From positions 1 through 35,937 of the forward strand of contig CALXKR010000001.1 of assembly GCA_944388895.1 (NCBI GenBank): a stretch of DNA of 35,937 nt. The letters are read 5' to 3'. Origin of the DNA: an uncultured Clostridia bacterium. GTDB taxonomy: Bacteria; Bacillota; Clostridia; TANB77; CAG-508. Both the position numbers and the translations under genes were made by a program. Positions 17,327 through 26,535 of this stretch are shown piece by piece (positions within the stretch are counted from its first letter, which is position 1; every line of letters starts with the position of its first letter). The notes beneath the pieces were generated by a model. That model had not been told where the DNA came from and ran no database searches. It saw nothing but the letters and a program-made list of their open reading frames with translations.

Positions 17327-19132
17327 TTACATTTCTTCAAATATATTGTCAAACTCTTCTCCAGTAATCTTTTCTTTTTCTACTAAAATTGTAGCAACTT
17401 TGTCTAACTTGTCTCTATGTTCACTTAGTATAGCTTTTGCTTCAGAATAAGCACTGTCTATAATGCGTTTGATTTCTTCATCAATAATACCTGCTGTTTC
17501 TTCAGAGTATGATTTTTCTTGTCCCCAGTCTCTTCCAATGAACACTTCATCTTGATCAGAACCCAATGTAATTGTTCCTATTCTTTCACTCATACCGTAT
17601 TTTGTAACCATAGCTTTTGCTATTTGTGTTGCTCTTTCTATGTCATTACTTGCTCCAGTTGAAATATCTCCTAACACTAATTCTTCTGATGCTCTACCAC
17701 CTAATAAAGATACTATGTTTTCAAGCATTTCTGTTTTAGATATAAATGATTTATCTTCTGTTGGTCTATACATTGTATATCCTCCAGCCATTCCTCTAGG
17801 AATAATTGATATTTCATGTACTGGATCTTGAGTTTTTAAATATCTACTTACTACCGCGTGACCGCCTTCATGATAAGCAACTAATTTCTTTTCTTTGTCG
17901 CTTCTTACTCTTGTTTTCTTTTCTGGACCCATAGTTACTTTAACCATGGCATCTTCTATTTCTCTTTCTCCTATTTCAGATTTATCTCTTCTGGCTGCTA
18001 AAAGAGCTGCTTCATTAAGCACGTTTTCCAAGTCTGCTCCTGTAAATCCCGAAGTATTTTTTGCAATAATGTTTAAGTCTACATCACTTGCTAATCTTTT
18101 CTTTTTAGCATGAACTTCTAATATTTGTTCTCTTGCCTTTACATCTGGGGCTGGAACTACAATTTGTCTGTCAAATCTTCCTGGTCTAAGTAAAGCTTTA
18201 TCTAATACGTCAGGTCTGTTTGTTGCAGCTAATACTATAACACCTTCATTTGCTGAAAATCCGTCCATTTCAACAAGCATTTGGTTTAATGTTTGTTCTC
18301 TTTCATCATGTCCTCCGCCAAGACCTGCACCTCTTTGGCGTCCAACTGCGTCTATTTCATCTATAAATATTATACATGGTGAATTTCTTTTTGCTTCTTC
18401 AAATAAATCTCTTACTCTTGAAGCACCAACACCAACGAACATTTCAACAAAGTCTGAACCACTTATAATAAAGAATGGCACTCCTGCTTCTCCAGCAACT
18501 GCTTTAGCAAGCAGTGTTTTTCCTGTTCCTGGTTGACCAACTAATAAAACACCTTTAGGAATTCTTGCTCCCATGTCTGTAAACTTCTTAGGATTTTTCA
18601 AAAATTCAACTATTTCTTGTAATTCTTCTTTTTCTTCATCAATACCTGCTACATTTGCAAAAGTAACTTTATTTCTATCATTTGCACTTATCATTCTTGC
18701 TTTACTTTTTCCGAATGTCATTGTTCCTTTTTGTTGTCCTCCAGCTCCTCCTAAGAAAAGCATAGCCATAAGTACAAGCAATAAAATTGATGATATTGGT
18801 AGTAATAAGTCTGATACAACTAATAAAAATGATTTATCTGCTTCTACAACATTTATAGTATTTTCTTTCATAGAACTATTTAAATTTTCCATTAAATTGT
18901 CTACGCTTGGTATATTTACATTTTTAATATTAGAATCATTTTTTAATTTTACTCTAGCACTTGCACCACCATATTCTATTTCTATATCTGTAACTTCACC
19001 AGCTTGAATTTTTGTTAGTAGTTCTGAATATGTTAGCTCTTTATTTGATCCATTTAATAATGCTGGTATTACAAATAATAATATAATTCCTATAATCAGC
19101 CAAACGGCTAAAGTTTTAATACTGTTCTTCAA
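17327..19132 (-). CDS. ftsH: ATP-dependent zinc metalloprotease FtsH
   Basis: 601 aa. N-terminal TMs, AAA+ Walker A GQPGTGKT, Walker B IIFIDEID, zinc motif HEGGH. The start codon is TTG (19132-19130), preceded by AGGAGG. Confidence 0.95.
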   Translation of the reverse strand: MKNSIKTLAVWLIIGIILLFVIPALLNGSNKELTYSELLTKIQAGEVTDIEIEYGGASARVKLKNDSNIKNVNIPSVDNLMENLNSSMKENTINVVEADKSFLLVVSDLLLPISSILLLVLMAMLFLGGAGGQQKGTMTFGKSKARMISANDRNKVTFANVAGIDEEKEELQEIVEFLKNPKKFTDMGARIPKGVLLVGQPGTGKTLLAKAVAGEAGVPFFIISGSDFVEMFVGVGASRVRDLFEEAKRNSPCIIFIDEIDAVGRQRGAGLGGGHDEREQTLNQMLVEMDGFSANEGVIVLAATNRPDVLDKALLRPGRFDRQIVVPAPDVKAREQILEVHAKKKRLASDVDLNIIAKNTSGFTGADLENVLNEAALLAARRDKSEIGEREIEDAMVKVTMGPEKKTRVRSDKEKKLVAYHEGGHAVVSRYLKTQDPVHEISIIPRGMAGGYTMYRPTEDKSFISKTEMLENIVSLLGGRASEELVLGDISTGASNDIERATQIAKAMVTKYGMSERIGTITLGSDQDEVFIGRDWGQEKSYSEETAGIIDEEIKRIIDSAYSEAKAILSEHRDKLDKVATILVEKEKITGEEFDNIFEEM

Positions 19133-19261
19133 GTTATTTTCCTCCTTGTGTTTTTATATAAATTCATATTGTAGGGTATCACAATAGTTTTATTTATGCA
19201 ATAGTTTTTTCAAAACTTTTTTGCTGTAACCCTTGATATTTCTAGGTTTTACTTACGGAAA

Positions 19262-20260
19262 TTAGGTTAAGGGCGTAAAAATAATTTTTTTATTTTTTAT
19301 GCTTACTTTTAAGTTTTTATTTACTATTGTGTATTTATTTCCAATATTTCGCCTGCTCATTTCAATTATGTCATCTATGTTTACTTTTTGTATATTTCTA
19401 GTGGTTCCCAGCAACTTTTGTATAACATATAATATTAAATTTTGTCTTATATTTATTGGTAAATTATTAAATGAATTTACTTCTAACTCTATTTTCCCTA
19501 GAGATTCACTGCCTATTTTATTATATATATTCTCTACTTCTTTATTTATGTATGTATTTTCATTTTTTACAATTTTAGATAGCCTACTTAAATTTTGAAC
19601 AATATTAGGGTTTAATTCTTTTAAGTATGGAAGTAACTCATTTCTTATTTTGTTTCTTTTATATATATTTTCTTTATTTGTATAATCTATTCTTGGGTTT
19701 AATTTGTTTTTTTCGCAATATGCTTCTATTTCTTCTCTTTTACAATTAATTAATGGCCTTATATATTTATTATACTCTTTAGGTTGTATTCCTTCTAACC
19801 CTGAAAGTCCACATCCCCTAATTAAGTTAAGAAGAACTGTTTCTGCATTATCATTCATATTATGTGCTATTGCTATTTTATTTGCACTTTCTTTTTTAGC
19901 TATCTCATCAAAAAAAGCATATCTTACTATTCTTCCTGTTTCTTCTTCTCCTCTTTTTTCTTTTTCTGCTAATTTTATAATATCTGCTCGCTTAATATAA
20001 CACTTAATTTTCATTTCTTTGCATACATTTTCCACAAATTGTTCATCTTCTGTGGAATCTTTTCGAATTAAATGGTTAATATGTGCAACTACAATTTCAT
20101 ATCCTAACTTTTCTTTGTATTTATTTAAACAATATAAAAGAGTAATAGAGTCGGGGCCTCCTGATACCCCAACTACTATTTTATCTCCTTTTTCAATTAA
20201 ATTATTATCTTTAATGGTATTCAAAAAATTTTCTTCCAAAGAATCCAAACGAGTAGCCAT
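19262..20260 (-). CDS. tilS: tRNA(Ile)-lysidine synthase, short form
   Basis: 332 aa. PP-loop SGGPDS. Found upstream of ftsH as in many Bacillota, although no hpt gene lies between them here. Confidence 0.85.
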   Translation of the reverse strand: MATRLDSLEENFLNTIKDNNLIEKGDKIVVGVSGGPDSITLLYCLNKYKEKLGYEIVVAHINHLIRKDSTEDEQFVENVCKEMKIKCYIKRADIIKLAEKEKRGEEETGRIVRYAFFDEIAKKESANKIAIAHNMNDNAETVLLNLIRGCGLSGLEGIQPKEYNKYIRPLINCKREEIEAYCEKNKLNPRIDYTNKENIYKRNKIRNELLPYLKELNPNIVQNLSRLSKIVKNENTYINKEVENIYNKIGSESLGKIELEVNSFNNLPINIRQNLILYVIQKLLGTTRNIQKVNIDDIIEMSRRNIGNKYTIVNKNLKVSIKNKKIIFTPLT

Positions 20261-20269
20261 ATTTCCTCC

Positions 20270-20459
20270 TTTTTTGATTAGGGACGTTCCTTAATCGAAA
20301 AAAATATTTTATAAATCAAAATTTATTTTTTTCGAAGTAAGGACGCGCAGTTTGGAGCCCCCTTTAGTGGGGCGACAGCAAGGAACACGGAGAAAAGAAT
20401 AAAATTTGTTGATAAATTTATTAATAATTTTCGATTAAGGAACGTCCCTAATCAAAAAA
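20270..20459. repeat. 190-nt element with 32-bp perfect terminal inverted repeats and a GC-rich core; structured RNA or MITE-like element of unknown family
   Basis: 20270-20301 (TTTTTTGATTAGGGACGTTCCTTAATCGAAAA) is the exact reverse complement of 20428-20459. The interior has imperfect AT-rich pairing plus a GC-rich core containing the hairpin GCCCC-CTTTAGT-GGGGC (20357-20373). The repeat is seen directly; its function is unknown. Confidence 0.6.
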
Positions 20460-21785
20460 TTAACCTTTATATTTATTTGCAAATTTTGTATAACTTGGCA
20501 TCCATAATAGTTCTACGGTTCCTGTTGGTCCGGCTCTATGTTTTGCAATAATTACTTCTGCAATATTTTTTGCTTCTGATTCTGGATTATAGTAATCATC
20601 TCTATATAAAAACATTACTATATCCGCATCTTGCTCTATTGATCCTGATTCACGTAAGTCTTGAAGCATAGGTCTATGGTCTGGTCTTGCTTCTGGTGCA
20701 CGTGATAATTGTGAAAGTGCCAATACTGGTACATTTATTTCTTTTGCAAGTATTTTTAAGGATCTACTTATTTCTGCTATTTCTTGCTCTCTACTTTTAG
20801 TATTACCACTACCTTGAATAAGCTGTAAGTAGTCTATTACTACTAGCCCTATATTTTTTTCTAGCTTTAGCTTTCTACATTTTGCTCTTATTTCAGCTAT
20901 ATTTATTCCCGCACTATCGTCAATAAATATTCCTGCAGATTCTGAAAGTTCTCCTGAAGCTATTGCCAGCTTTGACCATTCTTCATCTGTAATGTCTCCT
21001 TTTGCAACTTTTTCACTATCTACCATAGCTTGGGCACACAAAATTCTGTTTGCACACTGTTCTTTTGACATTTCGAGACTAAATATTACTACTGGTGTAT
21101 TTGCATTTACTGCTGCATTTGTTGCAACATTAAGTACAAATGCAGTTTTTCCCATAGCAGGTCTTGCTGCTATTAGTACTAAGTCTGAGTTATGAAATCC
21201 TGCAGTTTTATTGTCTAAATCTATAAATCCTGATGCAACACCTGTTATATGTTGCTTTTGATTATATAATTGCTCTAATTCTGTAAAAGAATCTACTAAT
21301 ATATCTCTTATTGATGCATAACCTTTTTGTGATTTTCTTTGCATTAAATCAAATATCTTTTTTTCAGCACTATCCATTAATATTTCTACTTCTTCATTTT
21401 GATTATATCCTATTTCTATTAATTGATTAGCTGTTTTTATTAAACTTCTTAAAATAGATTTTTCTTCTACTATTTTAATATATTTTTCAACATTTGCTGT
21501 TGTTGGAACTTTTTCAGGAAGTGATACCAAATATTCAAGTCCTCCAACTGCTTCAAGCTTTCCAAGTGAAGTTAATTCATCTTTTAAAGTAATTATATCT
21601 ATTGGTTCTGCTTTTGCATATAAGTTCATAATTGCTTGATATATTGTTTTGTTATCTTCTCTATAAAAATCTTCTGGTTTTAATACTTCCATTGCAGATA
21701 TAACTGCATCTTTATCTGTCATCATACTTCCAATTACAGCTTGCTCTGCTTCATCGTCATGTGGTGGTACTTTTCCTAATTCCAT
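20460..21785 (-). CDS. dnaB: Replicative DNA helicase
   Basis: 441 aa. N-terminal PPHDDEAEQAVIGS, Walker A ARPAMGKT, and the typical DnaB C-terminal RecA-like domain. Confidence 0.95.
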   Translation of the reverse strand: MELGKVPPHDDEAEQAVIGSMMTDKDAVISAMEVLKPEDFYREDNKTIYQAIMNLYAKAEPIDIITLKDELTSLGKLEAVGGLEYLVSLPEKVPTTANVEKYIKIVEEKSILRSLIKTANQLIEIGYNQNEEVEILMDSAEKKIFDLMQRKSQKGYASIRDILVDSFTELEQLYNQKQHITGVASGFIDLDNKTAGFHNSDLVLIAARPAMGKTAFVLNVATNAAVNANTPVVIFSLEMSKEQCANRILCAQAMVDSEKVAKGDITDEEWSKLAIASGELSESAGIFIDDSAGINIAEIRAKCRKLKLEKNIGLVVIDYLQLIQGSGNTKSREQEIAEISRSLKILAKEINVPVLALSQLSRAPEARPDHRPMLQDLRESGSIEQDADIVMFLYRDDYYNPESEAKNIAEVIIAKHRAGPTGTVELLWMPSYTKFANKYKG

Positions 21786-21803
21786 AGTTAAAAGATCCTT
21801 TCT

Positions 21804-22250
21804 TTATTCTCCAATTACATGTACTTTTAATTTTCCTACAACGCCCTCATATAATTTTAAGTCTACTACAAATATTCCTGTAGTTTTAATTGTTTCTTTT
21901 AAATCTACTTTCTTTTTATCTACATCAAATTTATATTGTTTTTTTAATTGTTCAGATATTTCTTTTGCAGTAACTCCACCAAAAATCTTTCCATTTTCTC
22001 CAGCTTTTACTTCTATTTTAAGCATAATATTTTCTATTTTTTTGCTTAATTTTTCTGCTTCGTCTTTTTCTACCATTTTTTTATGAGCGTTTGCATCTTG
22101 CTTTGATTTAAGCTTTGCTAAATTTTGAGCATTTGCTTCTACTGCTAAATTTTTTGGTAATAAAAAGTTTCTTGCATAACCATCATTGGCATTTATTATT
22201 TCGTCCTTTTTCCCTACACCTTTTACATTATCTAACAATATTACTTTCAT
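21804..22250 (-). CDS. rplI: 50S ribosomal protein L9
   Basis: 148 aa. [15 protein letters not shown]...[10 protein letters not shown] is the canonical L9 N-terminus. Confidence 0.95.
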   Translation of the reverse strand: MKVILLDNVKGVGKKDEIINANDGYARNFLLPKNLAVEANAQNLAKLKSKQDANAHKKMVEKDEAEKLSKKIENIMLKIEVKAGENGKIFGGVTAKEISEQLKKQYKFDVDKKKVDLKETIKTTGIFVVDLKLYEGVVGKLKVHVIGE

Positions 22251-22296
22251 AATATTTCTCCTTTCTAATTTTTATTAGAATATATAAATTGTTTTA

Positions 22297-24330
22297 TTAG
22301 TTCTCTATCTCAAAGAAATATTCATTTATTCTATTAATAAGCTCTTGCTTAGCATCTTCCATACTCATGCCTTCAACTTGTGCACCAGCAAGTGTAATAT
22401 GTCCTCCGCCACCAAGTTTTTCTAGTATTAGCTGAACATTTATTCCACCTATTGATCTACCGCTAATATATATTTTTTCACCGGTTTTTCCTAGTACAAA
22501 TGAAGCATTTATTCCACCTATTGTTAATAATTCATCTGCTGCCTTTGCTGCTATAATATTAGCATTTTGGTCATTATCTTCATAAGTAGAAATTGCTATT
22601 GTATCATTTACTATTTCAGATTTAGCAACAATGTCTGCAATTACTTGATATGTTTCTAAATCACTTTGGAACCATTTTTTTACTTTTATTATATCTAATC
22701 CGCATCTTCTTAAATAAGCTGCTGCTTCAAAAGTTCTTACACCTGTTTTGAATGTAAAGCTTTTTGTGTCTAGCATAATACCTGCATATAATGCTTCAAC
22801 CTCTAACTGAGTAAGTTCTACATCTATTTGTGAATATTCTAAAATTTCAGTGACTAATTCTGATGCAGATGATGCATAAACTTCATGGAAAGTTAGTATA
22901 GCGTTTTCTATGTAATCTGTGCTTCTTCTATGGTGATCTATTACAACAATTTTACTTACTTTATCTAATAATTCTGGTGCTTCTACATAAGTTGTTTTAT
23001 GAGTATCTACTATTATAAGTAAAGTATTTGGTTTTATAATATCTAAAGCTTCTTGTTTTGTTACAAATGCTTCTGTATATTCCCCTGATTTTTTAGCTGC
23101 CATTAAAAAGTTATCTATTCCAATTCCAGTTGTTTCATTAACAATTTTTGCTTCTTTTCCAAGAGTTTTTGTTAATCTATATAAACCTAAAGCTGATCCA
23201 ATAGAATCCATATCTCCATTACTATGTCCCATTAGTAAAACATTATCAGCTTCTCCAATAAGCTCTGTTAATGCATGTGATACCATTCTTGCTTTTACTT
23301 TTGTCCTTTTTTCAACTTCTTGAGTTCTTCCTCCAAAAAATTGATATCTACCATCCATTTTAACAATAGCTTGGTCTCCACCTCTACCTAAAGCTATATC
23401 TATTACAGTTCTTGCTGAAGTAGCTTTTTCAGCATTTGTTTCTCCATCATCTGAAAAACCAATACTTAGTGTAGGTCTTGTAATATCTGGTATGTCTATG
23501 TCTTTTACTTCATCTAAAATATTAAATTTGTCTTTTTCTGCTTCTTCTAAATACTTTTGTTCCATTATACAGAAAAAAGTATCTCTGTCAGATTTAACAA
23601 TTAGAGAATTGTATTTTGCTCCCCATTCATAAATATATTTTTCCATTTTAGCAACTAGTTGTGGCTTTATTTCACTAGATATTCTTTGGCTGATTTCTTC
23701 ATAATTGTCTATCATAATAATACCAATACAAATATCTGATTCTTTTTGTTTTTGTTCTAATTTTTTTAAATAAGTTTCATCTATAAAGTATAAAATTGTA
23801 GTATACTCTTGCTCTTTTAAATGAGCTTTATGTGATTTTACATATGACCCCATTACTTTATAATCTTTATTTTCTATTTTAATATTAGTTTCTATTCTTC
23901 CTTTAACTTTATCTTGTTTGTTATCTTCAGAATTTTCTATTGTTAATTTTATTCCTTTTACAATTTCAGTTAAATATTCATTCATATTAATATTTAGATT
24001 TTCAAATTCTGTAACAAACTTTTCGCTTTTCCAAATAACATTTCCGTTTGTTTCAACTATTGTTAATGGAAATGGCGAATTTATTAAAGTTGTTTTTGCA
24101 GTAGTATTTACATTTAAAGTTAAGTCTTTAAGCTGTTCAGATAACTCTGCTTTTCTTTTTTTGTTTGTCCAAATTGTATACCAAATGATTAAGGCATAAA
24201 TAATTATGCCCGGTAATATTAATTTATAGTTTAGTATGCATATTGATATTATTAAAATTGCTATTATTATTAAATATATTTTTGTTCTTGATATGAATGT
24301 CTCCCAATTTTTATAATTGTTATTCGGCAT
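22297..24330 (-). CDS. gdpP: GdpP/YybT-type DHH/DHHA1 cyclic-di-AMP phosphodiesterase
   Basis: Two N-terminal TMs, central PAS/degenerate GGDEF-like region, DHH motif (VVIDHHRRS) and DHHA1 GGGH (LGGGGH). Synteny is gdpP-rplI-dnaB. The start is uncertain: the track uses GTG at 24351, and I prefer ATG at 24330, preceded by GGGGAGA. Confidence 0.85.
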   Translation of the reverse strand: MPNNNYKNWETFISRTKIYLIIIAILIISICILNYKLILPGIIIYALIIWYTIWTNKKRKAELSEQLKDLTLNVNTTAKTTLINSPFPLTIVETNGNVIWKSEKFVTEFENLNINMNEYLTEIVKGIKLTIENSEDNKQDKVKGRIETNIKIENKDYKVMGSYVKSHKAHLKEQEYTTILYFIDETYLKKLEQKQKESDICIGIIMIDNYEEISQRISSEIKPQLVAKMEKYIYEWGAKYNSLIVKSDRDTFFCIMEQKYLEEAEKDKFNILDEVKDIDIPDITRPTLSIGFSDDGETNAEKATSARTVIDIALGRGGDQAIVKMDGRYQFFGGRTQEVEKRTKVKARMVSHALTELIGEADNVLLMGHSNGDMDSIGSALGLYRLTKTLGKEAKIVNETTGIGIDNFLMAAKKSGEYTEAFVTKQEALDIIKPNTLLIIVDTHKTTYVEAPELLDKVSKIVVIDHHRRSTDYIENAILTFHEVYASSASELVTEILEYSQIDVELTQLEVEALYAGIMLDTKSFTFKTGVRTFEAAAYLRRCGLDIIKVKKWFQSDLETYQVIADIVAKSEIVNDTIAISTYEDNDQNANIIAAKAADELLTIGGINASFVLGKTGEKIYISGRSIGGINVQLILEKLGGGGHITLAGAQVEGMSMEDAKQELINRINEYFFEIEN

Positions 24331-24405
24331 TTTTCTCCCCATTTTCTGCACTATTGTTATATTGTTTTATACAATAATACATTATATATTGTACTATTTT
24401 TATAG

Positions 24406-25260
24406 CTATTTGTCAATTTTTATATTTTTTAAATACTCTTTTGTTTGTCTATATCCTTCATAATATAATTCTTGCATCTTCTTTTTTTCTAATAATCCTA
24501 CTCCTTCAGTTTCTATTGTTAATAAATAATCACTTCCGTCCCACTCATATTTTGCAAGTTCTTTACATATTACTGATATAGAATGATTTGCAATTTGTAT
24601 AATATTTTTGCATACATTTTTTTGATATTTATCTTTAAAAACAATACTTATAACTTTATCTGCTCCAGCATTTTTTGTTTCTCTCCATGGTATGTTTTCA
24701 GCAATTCCACCATCTACTAATAGCTTTCCATTATAGTTACATGGTGAAAATACTCCGGGAAAACTACAACTTGCTTGAACAGCATTTCCTATATTAATAT
24801 CATTAATATACTTTACATTTTCTGTTTTATTTTTAAATTTGCAATTTGAAAATACATATAATTCTTCTGTTTCAATGTTTACAGCAGGTATAATTAAAGG
24901 CTTTTTTATTTGATTTATATTATATATTCCTTTTTTGCTACATACTTCATTTATTAACTTACTAATTTTAGTTCCACTATTAAGCCCATCTATTACAATT
25001 CCTTTTCCTGTAAATATATTTTTAAAAAACTTTTTTATATTTTCAAAATCAATATAATGAAAATCTTTTGCATATTTATTAAATATTTCATGCATTTCAT
25101 CTGCATTATATCCACATGCATAAAGTGTGGCAACTATACTGCCAGATGAAGTTCCTGAAACATAATCAACTTTTATATTTTCTTCTTCTAAAGCTTTTAT
25201 TGCTCCAATATGAGCTATTCCTTTTATTCCTCCGCCTGATAAACTTAAACTTATTTTCAT
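24406..25260 (-). CDS. Patatin-like phospholipase
   Basis: 284 aa. Oxyanion GGGIKG, nucleophile GTSSG (GxSxG), catalytic Asp in VDGGI. Confidence 0.85.
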   Translation of the reverse strand: MKISLSLSGGGIKGIAHIGAIKALEEENIKVDYVSGTSSGSIVATLYACGYNADEMHEIFNKYAKDFHYIDFENIKKFFKNIFTGKGIVIDGLNSGTKISKLINEVCSKKGIYNINQIKKPLIIPAVNIETEELYVFSNCKFKNKTENVKYINDINIGNAVQASCSFPGVFSPCNYNGKLLVDGGIAENIPWRETKNAGADKVISIVFKDKYQKNVCKNIIQIANHSISVICKELAKYEWDGSDYLLTIETEGVGLLEKKKMQELYYEGYRQTKEYLKNIKIDK

Positions 25261-25289
25261 AAAAAACCCCCAGAATATATTATTCTGGG
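25261..25289 (-). terminator. Hairpin plus U-run between the kinase-fold gene and the patatin gene; overlaps the patatin SD
   Basis: 9-bp stem CCCAGAATA / TATTCTGGG (25269-25277 / 25281-25289). On the minus strand it is followed by GGTTTTTT and then the patatin ATG (25260). Confidence 0.5.
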
Positions 25290-25308
25290 TTTATGTAAAT
25301 TGTGCTAT

Positions 25309-26484
25309 TTATCTGTCAACATCTTCATCACCTTGATAATTTCTGTTTGGTAATTTTCTTTCTTTTTGATATCTTTCTTCAAATTCTTCTGCTTTTTTAG
25401 ACCAATATATATTTTCTTGTCCTTCTTTATAAAAAAAGTCAGTATCAATTATTACAAATTCTCCTTTTTCTAAAATGCCATCCACAATTTCTTTATCAAA
25501 CCCTATTGAGTTGTGTGCAACATCCATCTCTATTCCATTTAATGTTGGTCTATTTCTTCTTTTAAGTTTTCCTATATTTTCCCATCTAATATCAGTCCAA
25601 ATAATACCGTCTGATCTTAATTCTTTGTACATTTTGTACAATATTTCTGAATTTTTTTCTTCTTCTTTTATTTCAGTATCTACTTCATCATTAATTTCTA
25701 TACAAAATATGTCTTGCCCATCTTCTGCAAAATTTATTCTTGTTAAGGGTTGTAATATTCTTCTATGGTTTGGCATATTATAATTTTCTCTAACAGTTCC
25801 TATTTTTAAAATTTTTTCTCCTATTTTATATGCATTACTAAATTGTCCATTACCACAAAAGTCAATATCTATATATTTTTTATTTTCGCTTTTTAGTAAT
25901 TCATCTATTATAATAGCTAATGTTTTGGAATAGTTTTTAGCGGCTTTTTGCTTTGTTCCATTTTGCGGAATATATAATGTTTCCATTCCTACATTTTTAT
26001 TTAACAAACCTTCTGCAATTTTTTCTTTGTGTTTTACAAGTAACTCATTTAAAGTTTCATCTATCTCTTGATTTTTGTTTTTTAAAACTTGTGCTACATC
26101 AAATAGAAAATCAAAACCTACCTTCTTTGATAACTCCTCTATATTTTCTAGTAAAAAGCTAAAATTACTATTTGAGCTTTCAGCAAAAGCCTTATAAAAA
26201 TTTTGTAAATTATAATTATCTTTATCTCTTATTCTTTTTATAATTTGCAAAAAATTATCTTTAATTTTATCACCAAATGCTTCATATTCTAGGCATTCTT
26301 TAATAAAATAAAAGAATAAATTATCATCAATAGTATTTAATATTTCATCAAAATTGTTTATTATTATTTGTTTAGAATTTTTAGAACTATTACTTAACAT
26401 TTTTAGTATTTCATTATATGCTAGTCTTGGTTTTACTTTTCTTAAAATTCTAATTTTTTTCAAGAATATTTCTTCTTCTTTCAC
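25309..26484 (-). CDS. Uncharacterised protein: helical N-domain of about 200 aa plus a minimal protein-kinase-like fold
   Basis: 391 aa. Gly-loop-like CGNGQFSNAYKIG, Lys in KILKIG, catalytic-loop-like TDIRWENIG (D-x4-N), DFG-like IIDTDF. GTG start preceded by AGGAGA. The fold call rests on motifs only. Confidence 0.45.
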   Translation of the reverse strand: MKEEEIFLKKIRILRKVKPRLAYNEILKMLSNSSKNSKQIIINNFDEILNTIDDNLFFYFIKECLEYEAFGDKIKDNFLQIIKRIRDKDNYNLQNFYKAFAESSNSNFSFLLENIEELSKKVGFDFLFDVAQVLKNKNQEIDETLNELLVKHKEKIAEGLLNKNVGMETLYIPQNGTKQKAAKNYSKTLAIIIDELLKSENKKYIDIDFCGNGQFSNAYKIGEKILKIGTVRENYNMPNHRRILQPLTRINFAEDGQDIFCIEINDEVDTEIKEEEKNSEILYKMYKELRSDGIIWTDIRWENIGKLKRRNRPTLNGIEMDVAHNSIGFDKEIVDGILEKGEFVIIDTDFFYKEGQENIYWSKKAEEFEERYQKERKLPNRNYQGDEDVDR

Positions 26485-26502
26485 TATCTTCTCCTATTTT
26501 AT

Positions 26503-26535
26503 AAAAAAGACACACTTTTTAGGTGTGTCTTTTTA
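26503..26535 (-). terminator. Rho-independent terminator after rpoC
   Basis: Stem AGACACAC / GTGTGTCT (26508-26515 / 26523-26530), extended by A/T runs on both sides. It starts directly after the stop at 26536. Confidence 0.75.

Noticed and set aside
20339-20393. The GC-rich core of the inverted-repeat element considered as a tRNA, an SRP RNA domain IV, a 6S RNA, a self-cleaving ribozyme or the DGR template repeat.
   Set aside because: There is no cloverleaf and no T-loop GTTCGAATC-type box. The conserved SRP GGAA-tetraloop/AGCAGC context is absent; only a vague CAGCAAGG resemblance exists. No hammerhead CUGAUGA/GAAA core is present. It shares no sequence similarity with 34448-34618. The 6S-like idea is kept only as an untestable possibility within the finding.
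20261-20459. The spacer next to dnaB considered as a replication origin or dif site.
   Set aside because: I could find no DnaA-box-like TTATCCACA or TGTGGATAA. No dnaA or dnaN is nearby. There is no resemblance to the Firmicute dif consensus.
24406-26484. The patatin lipase plus kinase-fold protein considered as a two-gene anti-phage defence system.
   Set aside because: The patatin protein is a small stand-alone RssA/YlbK-like enzyme typical of housekeeping contexts. The two genes are separated by a terminator-like hairpin. No sensor, nuclease, cyclase or other defence hallmark is nearby, so a defence role would be pure speculation.
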